From: a virus
DNA: 47,749 bases
Virus record (IMG/VR): IMGVR_UViG_3300045988_059296
Direction: 5' to 3' (one strand)
This document shows positions 8,042-14,170 of the stretch, one piece after another (position 1 is the first letter of the stretch; the number at the start of each line of letters is the position of its first letter). The notes beneath the pieces were generated by a model. It had not been told where the DNA came from, ran no database searches, and saw nothing but the letters and a program-made list of their open reading frames with translations. Position numbers and translations under genes: made by a program.

Positions 8042-8062
8042 ACACGTCCGATTCGGACAAAA
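8041..8062. repeat. 22-bp repeat aacacgtccgattcggacaaaa containing the 13-bp palindrome GTCCGATTCGGAC (8046-8058). It is identical to 39615-39636.
   Basis: Read directly. The palindrome also occurs at 24578-24590, and with one mismatch at 37446-37458. Confidence 0.9.
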
Positions 8063-8065
8063 ACG

Positions 8066-8103
8066 AAAGCCCGTCGGGGGTCATTCCCCGCCGGGCTTTT
8101 TTT
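8066..8103. terminator. Bidirectional rho-independent terminator between the lysis cassette (+) and the minus-strand gene 8081-8347.
   Basis: aaagcccgtcggggg-tcatt-ccccgccgggcttttttt: a GC stem with one mismatch, flanked by an A-run and a T-run. Confidence 0.75.
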
Positions 8104-8347
8104 CGCGCTTTTCGATAAAATATTGTTGTGAAGTTTCATTCCAGCCCGCGGTTCCGATTATTCGCGGTTCGGCGGTTTGGGTCCCGTCAAGACGCTTGCG
8201 AATGGCGTTCTTTGCGTCCGACAATGCCCTATAAATGGGAATGCCGCCCACTTTCCCGGAACAACTTTCGGATTCCAGAAACCAGCCGGATTCAAAAGGA
8301 AGAATCCATTCGCCCCGATATATGTAGCAATCAACAATCTTTTTCAT
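8081..8347 (-). CDS. Hypothetical protein (88 aa).
   Basis: An internal ATG (MKKIVDCYIYRGEW...) of track ORF 8081-8539 is taken as the start. No recognisable motif. Confidence 0.5.
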   Translation of the reverse strand: MKKIVDCYIYRGEWILPFESGWFLESESCSGKVGGIPIYRALSDAKNAIRKRLDGTQTAEPRIIGTAGWNETSQQYFIEKREKKPGGE

Positions 8348-8405
8348 AAACAACCAACACATTCTACCACAGGACGGGCGGCGGCTTGCGCCGCCCGCCT
8401 TTATC

Positions 8406-8825
8406 TTATGCGCTGACCGTGGACACGTCAAGCCGGAACGCGAGGTCAAGGACCTTTGCGCGGGTTGCGGCGTTGTGCTGAACGGCCTTTTCCAACGTGG
8501 CCCGGACCCCAGCGGGAGCAAGGGACAGACCGTAAGCAATCAAGCTATCTTCCGACGCTTTCAGGACGGAACGGGCGGCGTTCAGTTCTTCTTCAAGCCC
8601 GGCGGAAACAATCAGCGCGGCGCATTCGTCGTTCGCCTTTTCAAAGGCCGCGTCATCCTCCATGCAGTAAAGGAATTCGGGAACGGAGCCGTCGGGATTG
8701 ACAATGCCTTTGTCGGCAATGAACTTCTTTTCGATGGCTTCTTGCTGGGATTCGACTTCCTGCACGCGGGCTTTGGCGACCATATAGGCCCACTGGAACT
8801 TGTTTGCAGTTCTTTTCATGTTCAT
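8406..8825 (-). CDS. Hypothetical helical protein (139 aa).
   Basis: Track ORF with amino-acid composition typical of a coding region. Its start overlaps the stop of the upstream mini-ORF (ATGA). Confidence 0.7.
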   Translation of the reverse strand: MNMKRTANKFQWAYMVAKARVQEVESQQEAIEKKFIADKGIVNPDGSVPEFLYCMEDDAAFEKANDECAALIVSAGLEEELNAARSVLKASEDSLIAYGLSLAPAGVRATLEKAVQHNAATRAKVLDLAFRLDVSTVSA

Positions 8826-8917
8826 TCCCCTTTCTTGCGGCGGTAATGGACCGCGGCGGCGATAATCAGCTTCACAACGGCAACAGCGATCAGGAAGATT
8901 CCGAGTTTTTCAAGCAT
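8822..8917 (-). CDS. Possible 31-aa single-TM peptide (MLEKLGIFLIAVAVVKLIIAAAVHYRRKKGE).
   Basis: Translated by hand; it is below the ORF-track length cut-off. Its TGA overlaps the ATG of 8406-8825. No clear RBS. Confidence 0.3.
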   Translation of the reverse strand: MLEKLGIFLIAVAVVKLIIAAAVHYRRKKGE

Positions 8918-8941
8918 GGTTGACAGTTCAGAAGAAAAAGT

Positions 8942-8980
8942 GTATTCTATGGGTGGGCGGTGAACCCGCCCATAGAATAC
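8942..8980 (-). terminator. Strong hairpin terminator downstream of the small peptide gene 8992-9111.
   Basis: gtattctatgggtggg-cggtgaa-cccgcccatagaatac forms a 16-bp stem (one G-U pair). On the minus strand it is followed by actttttcttct. Confidence 0.7.
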
Positions 8981-8991
8981 GGGGTTTCGGC

Positions 8992-9111
8992 TTACGTCAG
9001 CTTATCAATTATCAGTAACGCAAGCCCTACCAGAAAGTCCACGATTGCGGTTATTACGATGGTCCGAACATCGACCCGCGATTTCGTGGGCTTTTTCTTT
9101 TTCTTCTTCAC
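8992..9111 (-). CDS. Small Lys-rich membrane peptide, 39 aa (VKKKKKKPTKSRVDVRTIVITAIVDFLVGLALLIIDKLT).
   Basis: GTG start 5 nt after AAGGGGGTG. It lies about 20 nt downstream of a near-consensus promoter and has a C-terminal TM segment. Confidence 0.55.
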   Translation of the reverse strand: MKKKKKKPTKSRVDVRTIVITAIVDFLVGLALLIIDKLT

Positions 9112-9138
9112 CTTGTCACCCCCTTTCTTTATGCTCTT

Positions 9139-9167
9139 ATTATATACTAACGTTAGTATAAAGTCAA
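9139..9167 (-). promoter_or_regulatory. Leftward promoter TTGACT-N17-TATAAT whose spacer holds the perfect 18-bp palindrome TATACTAACGTTAGTATA (9143-9160).
   Basis: The minus strand reads ttgact ttatactaacgttagta tataat. Confidence 0.7.
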
Positions 9168-9263
9168 TAGGGAAAATGCGAAAAAGCAGAAAAATTTTGC
9201 GCCGTTGCGGTAGATACAGCGGCGCGAAAAGGGAGCGGCGGAAACCGCCGCCCCGGTAAAGCG

Positions 9264-9806
9264 TCAGGCGACAAACACACCCAACGGAGAACCGCCGGGA
9301 GAGCGCCACCCGCGGCGGTGAATGTCGGACAGGCGGACACGTTCAGGAGCCTTTGCGCCGTCATACAGGACCATAGCGAAAACGCCGCCGTGGAAGAAAC
9401 GGGTATCAGGCAGGCTAACAAAGCCGATGACGGTTCCGCCCTGCGGAGGATAGCAAGCACCGCAGACACGTTCGACGCGCTGACCCACCATAACAACAAC
9501 GGTGTTCACGTCGGCGGGCTGGGCGATTTCAACGCCGCAGGACGTTTCGGCGGCGGCTTCCTCGACGCTGGGTTCCTCTTCCGGCTGAACCTCGTTTTCA
9601 GCACGGAAGACCGGGGCCATAGAATAACGTTCGGGAATGATATATTCGCCGCGTTCATCGAAGAACAGCTTTGCGCGGCGGGTCTTGCCGTTACGCTCGA
9701 ACGTCACCGTCTTTTCGGTGCGCTTGATAATCTTGATGGTGAAAATGCAATCGTGATTGCAGGCGCTACGGTCAAAATATTCCTTGCCGATCTCGAACTT
9801 TTTCAT
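9264..9806 (-). CDS. Hypothetical two-domain protein (180 aa).
   Basis: ATG 9806 is preceded by GGGGGT. An internal acidic linker (EEEPSVEEAAAE) separates two domains. No recognisable motif. Confidence 0.7.
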   Translation of the reverse strand: MKKFEIGKEYFDRSACNHDCIFTIKIIKRTEKTVTFERNGKTRRAKLFFDERGEYIIPERYSMAPVFRAENEVQPEEEPSVEEAAAETSCGVEIAQPADVNTVVVMVGQRVERVCGACYPPQGGTVIGFVSLPDTRFFHGGVFAMVLYDGAKAPERVRLSDIHRRGWRSPGGSPLGVFVA

Positions 9807-9952
9807 ATTGATTACCCCCATATATAAAACCAGAAGTTGAAGTGTCATTGTACGCCGTGTCGGTTCCCTTTTCGTGTCAGCCCGTAAGGTTGGCTGTTGT
9901 CGAACTCTACGCCCCGACAACCGGGCGGCTTTGGTTTCCCTTTCTGATTATG

Positions 9953-9981
9953 ATTATATACTAACGTTAGTATAAATGCAA
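9953..9981 (-). promoter_or_regulatory. Leftward promoter TTGCAT-N17-TATAAT with the same 18-bp palindrome in its spacer (9957-9974).
   Basis: The minus strand reads ttgcat ttatactaacgttagta tataat. The 24 bp attatatactaacgttagtataaa are shared with the 9139 promoter. Confidence 0.7.
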
Positions 9982-10020
9982 GTTGGAATGATGCACAAAT
10001 ATACTAACGATAGATTGTAC

Positions 10021-10060
10021 GTTTTTTATACTTGCGTTAGTATAAACAGCGTGATAAAAT
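10021..10060 (+). promoter_or_regulatory. Rightward promoter TTGCGT-N17-TGaTAAAAT overlapped by the imperfect palindrome TATACTTGCGTTAGTATA (10027-10044). The 26 bp 10021-10046 are identical to 11505-11530.
   Basis: Read directly. A half-site, tatactaacgatag, lies at 10000-10013. Confidence 0.65.
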
Positions 10061-10083
10061 GGACAAGTAAAGGAGTGGTGACA

Positions 10084-10356
10084 ATGGCAAGCAAATATGG
10101 AAACCCACGCGGGAAAGCCGCGACAGACGCGAAGCGGAAATACAACAGCAAAAACTATGACAGGATTTACCCGTATGTAAAGAAAGGCAAGAAGTCCGTA
10201 TATCAGAGAGCGGCAAAGGCAAGCGGGTTTGATAGCATAAACGATATGATCGAATCGCTGATGGACGAACGGGCGGCGGCGGTGTTGGGACTGTCGCCGG
10301 AGCAGTTCGCGGCAGAGGTTCAGGCCGCGGCAGACGCGGAACATGAAAAGGCATAA
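10084..10356 (+). CDS. Ribbon-helix-helix (CopG/Arc-like) DNA-binding protein, 90 aa.
   Basis: RBS AAAGGAG. The stretch KRKYNSKNYDRIYPYVKKGKKSVYQRAAKASGFDSINDMIESLMDE follows the beta-strand + two-helix pattern of RHH proteins. Confidence 0.6.
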   Translation: MASKYGNPRGKAATDAKRKYNSKNYDRIYPYVKKGKKSVYQRAAKASGFDSINDMIESLMDERAAAVLGLSPEQFAAEVQAAADAEHEKA

Positions 10357-10360
10357 AGAA

Positions 10361-10388
10361 AGCGGCGGGCGTTGCGCCCGTCGCTTTT
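10361..10388. terminator. Bidirectional terminator between the RHH gene (+) and the lipoprotein gene (-).
   Basis: agcggcgggc-gttgc-gcccgtcgct followed by tttgcttt. Confidence 0.65.
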
Positions 10389-10401
10389 GCTTTCCTGCTG
10401 T

Positions 10402-11094
10402 TCAGAACTGTTCGTATGTATAGCCGCCGTTTTCGTCCAGCGTGATAGCGCCGTAATCTTCAAGAATAGAACCGTCGGTATCTTGCTTCCCGTATGTACC
10501 GACATAGTACATAGAACCGGGGAAACAAATACCCGTGCCGTCATCACAAAGAATTGCAACCCAGTTGTAGCCGCTGTCCTTGACGACGGTTTCAACGAAT
10601 TCTTTGTAGTTTTCTTCCGTAATGGATTGAAGCTGTGCTTTCGTAATGCGGATATAGGCGTATTCACCGATTTTGTCGCCGGAACCAGTTTTCACGTCCT
10701 TTACAGTTAAGTCATAGTCCATCAAGACGTTGTGTTTGTGATATTCAGGGTACAGCATATCACGCCCAGAATAGACGGTTTCAACCGCACCGTCAGAAAG
10801 TGTAACGTCGAGGGATGAACCGCCGTAATAGACGGTATACGCGCCCTTGCTTTCGGAAATGCTTGTAATCTTACTATCAAGGCCGCAGGAAGTCAGAACG
10901 ATAAAGACTTCATCGGCCTGTTCGGGAGTGATTTTCATATCCGCCCGAATGGTGTTCATGGCATCGGGGTAAAAATCATACTGCGCCGTCAGTTCCTCCG
11001 ATTTGGGCGTGTCCAAATCGACAAGAGCGCCGCCGCAGGCGGAGAGGGACGCGGCAAGCACCGCCGCAAGGACAAGAGATAGAACCTTTTTCAT
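10402..11094 (-). CDS. Secreted lipoprotein (230 aa), a candidate superinfection-exclusion or surface-modifying factor.
   Basis: Signal peptide MKKVLSLVLAAVLAASLSAC with lipobox LSAC. RBS GGAGGA. Own promoter. Located in the lysogeny region. Confidence 0.8.
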   Translation of the reverse strand: MKKVLSLVLAAVLAASLSACGGALVDLDTPKSEELTAQYDFYPDAMNTIRADMKITPEQADEVFIVLTSCGLDSKITSISESKGAYTVYYGGSSLDVTLSDGAVETVYSGRDMLYPEYHKHNVLMDYDLTVKDVKTGSGDKIGEYAYIRITKAQLQSITEENYKEFVETVVKDSGYNWVAILCDDGTGICFPGSMYYVGTYGKQDTDGSILEDYGAITLDENGGYTYEQF

Positions 11095-11177
11095 GTGAAA
11101 TCCTCCGTTCTGCCGCCCAGTGTCCGGGCGGCTTGCGTTATTTTCAAAGGCCGGGACCATTGCTTTTTCTGGATTCT

Positions 11178-11243
11178 GACCTTTAACACAATTATCAATG
11201 CTTATTGTGCTAAAGTCAAGAAAAATGCAGACCTTTAACACAA
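11178..11243. promoter_or_regulatory. Overlapping divergent promoters with operator-like repeats.
   Basis: Leftward promoter TTGACT (11219-11214) N17 GATAAT (11196-11191). Rightward extended -10 TGcTAAAGT (11208-11216). Direct repeats gacctttaacacaa at 11178-11191 and 11230-11243. Inverted partner attgtgctaaag at 11204-11215. Confidence 0.55.
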
Positions 11244-11259
11244 AAGGAGGAATCGGCGG

Positions 11260-11505
11260 TTGAAGATATACGACTACAAGGGACGAAAGAACCTTTGCGG
11301 AAATCGCGTCAAAGAAGCACGCGCCCGGCTGAATATCACGCAAACAGACCTTGCGGCGCGTCTGCAAGTTGCAGGAATTACAATGGAGCGGGACAGCGTA
11401 AGCAGAATTGAAATCGGGACCCGCTTTGTGACTGATTATGAACTTGCGGTGCTTGCGAAGATACTTGGCGTATCTATGGAATGGCTGACAGAAAATGAGC
11501 AATAG
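11260..11505 (+). CDS. XRE-family helix-turn-helix transcriptional regulator (81 aa), a Cro/CI-type switch protein.
   Basis: RVKEARARLNITQTDLAARLQVAGITMERDSVSRIEIGTR is a classic HTH_3 pattern. TTG start 9 nt after AAAGGAGG. Confidence 0.85.
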   Translation: MKIYDYKGRKNLCGNRVKEARARLNITQTDLAARLQVAGITMERDSVSRIEIGTRFVTDYELAVLAKILGVSMEWLTENEQ

Positions 11506-11544
11506 TTTTTTATACTTGCGTTAGTATAAAAATATTGTTATAAT
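11505..11544 (+). promoter_or_regulatory. Rightward promoter TTGCGT-N17-TGtTATAAT overlapped by the palindrome TATACTTGCGTTAGTATA (11511-11528). It lies upstream of the transposase gene.
   Basis: -35 at 11516-11521 and -10 at 11539-11544 with an extended TG. A 26-bp identity with 10021-10046. Confidence 0.65.
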
Positions 11545-11576
11545 CTTTTTGCGGCGACCCGCTGAAAAGAGGAACA

Positions 11577-11609
11577 AAACCCGCCCGGCTTGATAGCTTG
11601 GGCGGGTTT
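11577..11609 (+). terminator. Leader hairpin, a possible attenuator, between the promoter and the transposase RBS.
   Basis: aaacccgccc-N13-gggcgggttt forms a perfect 10-bp stem, followed by cgcatttt and then GGGAGG. Confidence 0.45.
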
Positions 11610-11630
11610 CGCATTTTGGGAGGTTATAGC

Positions 11631-12680
11631 ATGGGGCATTGTTTCAGTCATTTACAGCTCACAGATCGGCGGAAAATCGAATACGGTTTGAACCGCGGCG
11701 ATACACCGAAGCAGATCGCGGCGGAACTTCATGTTCATGTCAGCACGATTTATAGAGAAATCAAACGCGCCCGTTGGGAGCATCTGGACGGCGATACATG
11801 GATTATGGAAGACCGCTATAACCCGGACGGAGCAGAAAAAAGATACCGTGAAAATCTCGCGGCGAAAGGTGCGCCGTTGAAAATCGGAAACGACCATGAA
11901 CTTGCTGACTATTTGGAACGAAAGGTCATCGAAGAAGACCGTTCGCCTGCCGCGGCCCTTGCTGACATAACGATAGAGGGCCGGACATTCAAAACATCTA
12001 TTTGTGTCAGCACTTTTTACGGTTACATTGAAAAGGGTGTGTTTCTGAACCTGACGAATAAAGACTTACCAGAAAAGCCGAAGCGGAAGCGTCCATATCA
12101 CAAAGTTAAAACGACGAAACGCGCACCGCGCGGAGAGAGCATAGAAAAACGCCCGGAAGTGATTAACCAGAGAATCACTTTCGGGCATTGGGAAATGGAT
12201 ACTGTATATTCTGGCAAGGACGGTTCGTGCGCCCTGTTGGTGCTGACGGAACGCCTATCACGAAAAGAAATTATAGAGAAAATGCGCGACAGAACCGCAA
12301 TCAGCACCGTTCGCGCCTTGAACCGTATTGAACGGAGGTTCGGGGCGCTGTTTCCGCGCGTGTTCCAGACAATCACCGTAGACAACGGCGGGGAGTTCTC
12401 CGACGTGAAGAGCCTTGAACGGTCTATCCTACGGAAAGGCAGACGAACCAAAATGTATTATTGCCACCCGTACACAAGTTGCGAACGCGGGTCAAATGAG
12501 TGTGCAAACAAAATGATTCGGCGGAAATTCCCGAAAGGGACTGATTTCAATAAGGTCAGTCGAGCGGAAGTAAAGAAAGCCGAAGAATGGATGAACAACT
12601 ATCCGCGTGAAATATTGGGCTGGAAAACTGCTGAAATCGTGTTTGCGGAATGCCTTGAAGAATTGGCGCGGGAAGCCTGA
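11631..12680 (+). CDS. IS30-family DDE transposase/integrase (349 aa).
   Basis: N-terminal HTH (IAAELHVHVSTIYREIKR) and DDE core (GHWEMDTV, ITVDNGGEF, ERGSNECANKMIRR). RBS GGGAGG. No flanking terminal inverted repeats found. Confidence 0.9.
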   Translation: MGHCFSHLQLTDRRKIEYGLNRGDTPKQIAAELHVHVSTIYREIKRARWEHLDGDTWIMEDRYNPDGAEKRYRENLAAKGAPLKIGNDHELADYLERKVIEEDRSPAAALADITIEGRTFKTSICVSTFYGYIEKGVFLNLTNKDLPEKPKRKRPYHKVKTTKRAPRGESIEKRPEVINQRITFGHWEMDTVYSGKDGSCALLVLTERLSRKEIIEKMRDRTAISTVRALNRIERRFGALFPRVFQTITVDNGGEFSDVKSLERSILRKGRRTKMYYCHPYTSCERGSNECANKMIRRKFPKGTDFNKVSRAEVKKAEEWMNNYPREILGWKTAEIVFAECLEELAREA

Positions 12681-12713
12681 TTATATTTTTTTATATTTTT
12701 TTCGCATTTACTA

Positions 12714-12742
12714 TTGACATTTCCGCGGGCGGCTTGTAATAT
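12714..12742 (+). promoter_or_regulatory. Candidate early rightward promoter TTGACA-N17-TAATAT.
   Basis: -35 at 12714-12719 and -10 at 12737-12742. It sits inside the inverted repeat tcgcattta (12702-12710) / taaatgcga (12743-12751) and about 100 nt upstream of the first early gene. Confidence 0.55.
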
Positions 12743-12843
12743 TAAATGCGAAAGAACAAATACCACGTCGAATGACGGGTACGCGTTCTATCGCATTTAT
12801 TTTTTTACCATAAAAAGCCCGAAAGCACAAGGAGGACGCGAAA

Positions 12844-13674
12844 ATGAAGCACGTTTCTTTTGAAGAGTACGAAGCCGCGAAAGCTGAAATCATCGGTGGA
12901 GTTCACTACATCGAGAAATCCACGATGGAAAACGACGTGATTCACAAGACCTATTCCACCGAAGAGAACGGCACGTTCTACGAGGTGAACGACAAAGGCC
13001 GCGTCGAGTTTTGGAGCGACAAGCATTCCGAAAGCCGGATTTACGACGAAAACGAGCGGGCCACCGAAACGGACAAAAAGGCGGGGCCGGGCTACGGCGA
13101 TTTGCTGGCGGAGAGAATCAGAGCGAACGCCGACGCGTCGAAGCTGACCGACTTTGAAAAGTTCGTCCTTGACCGCGGCTATATGTTCGCAACGGAAGCC
13201 GACTTGAAAGCCGGGTACGACCGCAAATGGAAAGCGAACCACGGAATCGCCCTAACGCTGGAAGAGTTCACGGCGGAAGCGGAATGCAGGGGCCGCAAGC
13301 TGGACACCTTGCAGGAGGTTTACCGGGTCATTTCGGAACACATCAAGGCCGGGCGGCTGACTGCGGGTGCGCTGATGGACTATGCGTATTACGCATGGTG
13401 TCTGAGAAAGCCGGAAGCAATCATCGCATATCAGATCGGAACGGGAAAAGACACGCCGGTTCACCAGAAATGGGCGGTCAATAACTGTTCGCAGGAAATC
13501 ACGGAAGCGGAAGCCCGCGTTGCAGTTTGCGAAGAATTCGGGTTCGAGGTTAGCCGGGTCCGCATCATCGGGACCCCGTACTACGACGCGACCGACTGGA
13601 ATTTCATTCGGTTTGACTGCGCCGGGCGGTGCTGGTTGATGAAAAATGCTTCCCTCTATCCCGTCTACGAATAA
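12844..13674 (+). CDS. Hypothetical protein (276 aa), first gene of the early operon.
   Basis: RBS AAGGAGG. No recognisable motif. Confidence 0.75.
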   Translation: MKHVSFEEYEAAKAEIIGGVHYIEKSTMENDVIHKTYSTEENGTFYEVNDKGRVEFWSDKHSESRIYDENERATETDKKAGPGYGDLLAERIRANADASKLTDFEKFVLDRGYMFATEADLKAGYDRKWKANHGIALTLEEFTAEAECRGRKLDTLQEVYRVISEHIKAGRLTAGALMDYAYYAWCLRKPEAIIAYQIGTGKDTPVHQKWAVNNCSQEITEAEARVAVCEEFGFEVSRVRIIGTPYYDATDWNFIRFDCAGRCWLMKNASLYPVYE

Positions 13675-13680
13675 AAAAGC

Positions 13681-13710
13681 GGAGGGGCGGCGAAAGCCTG
13701 CCGCCCCTCC
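13681..13710. other. GC-rich hairpin with an 11-bp perfect stem. There is no T-run on the + strand; an A-run lies upstream.
   Basis: ggaggggcggc-gaaagcct-gccgcccctcc. Confidence 0.6.
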
Positions 13711-13727
13711 CGGAAAGGTGGTAAGGA

Positions 13728-14141
13728 ATGGGCTGTATTTTTAGGCCGGAAGCGCTTTCGTGGGAGGACATCGACGGCGGGCGCGGCGAAATGACGATGG
13801 AAGCAATCAGGAACTTCATAAGCGAATATTGCTATCCTGACGAATACGCCGACTATGGCGACGATGAAGAACTACCAAACGAACTTGTTTTCTTTGCGGA
13901 AATGTGGGAAAGGCTGGACGGTTACTACACGCCGATTTCAGACAGTTTCCAAACGGCGGCGGTTCTTTCGCTGATTGACGGCGCATTTTTCGACAGCATG
14001 GCGGCGGGCAGAATTGCCGAAAAGCTGACAAAATCGGCAACAAAGCCGGATTTGGTGCGGATTATTACGCACGTCGCAAGCGCCTATTGCTGGTATGTGT
14101 CGCTGAAAGCGCGTGTCGAAAAAGCAAAAGGCGAAGAATAA
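13728..14141 (+). CDS. Hypothetical acidic protein (137 aa).
   Basis: RBS AAAGGTGG. Track ORF. Confidence 0.65.
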   Translation: MGCIFRPEALSWEDIDGGRGEMTMEAIRNFISEYCYPDEYADYGDDEELPNELVFFAEMWERLDGYYTPISDSFQTAAVLSLIDGAFFDSMAAGRIAEKLTKSATKPDLVRIITHVASAYCWYVSLKARVEKAKGEE

Positions 14142-14170
14142 GCCGCAACGGTGAAAAGAAACGGGGTGAA

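Noticed and set aside
9143-9160. The idea that TATACTAA-CG-TTAGTATA is an abutted IRR-IRL circle junction (2-bp spacer) of the IS30-like element, that is, the recombination site.
   Set aside because: The palindrome does not extend beyond 18-20 bp. It occurs twice in perfect form and twice as a variant, and each copy sits precisely in a promoter spacer or -35 position. That fits an operator better than a unique transposon junction.
11552-11560. gcggcgacc, a 9/12 match to the lambda cohesive end GGGCGGCGACCT, in the transposase leader.
   Set aside because: It is a short GC-rich match in a GC-rich genome, far from the terminase genes, with no flanking terminase-binding repeats. It is most likely chance.
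12726-12742. A shared motif, ggcgg(g)cttgtaat, at 12729-12740 and 16915-16927, as a possible common early promoter element.
   Set aside because: There are only two copies with an indel. The second lacks a convincing -35/-10 arrangement. The evidence is insufficient.
11506-12843. Terminal inverted repeats and a target-site duplication that would define an independent IS30 element around the transposase gene.
   Set aside because: Comparing the left flank with the reverse complement of the right flank gave only a 10-bp match (tttcgcattt). That motif also occurs elsewhere in the genome at promoters. No IRs of 20-30 bp and no flanking direct repeat were found by eye. A computational IR search is still advisable.
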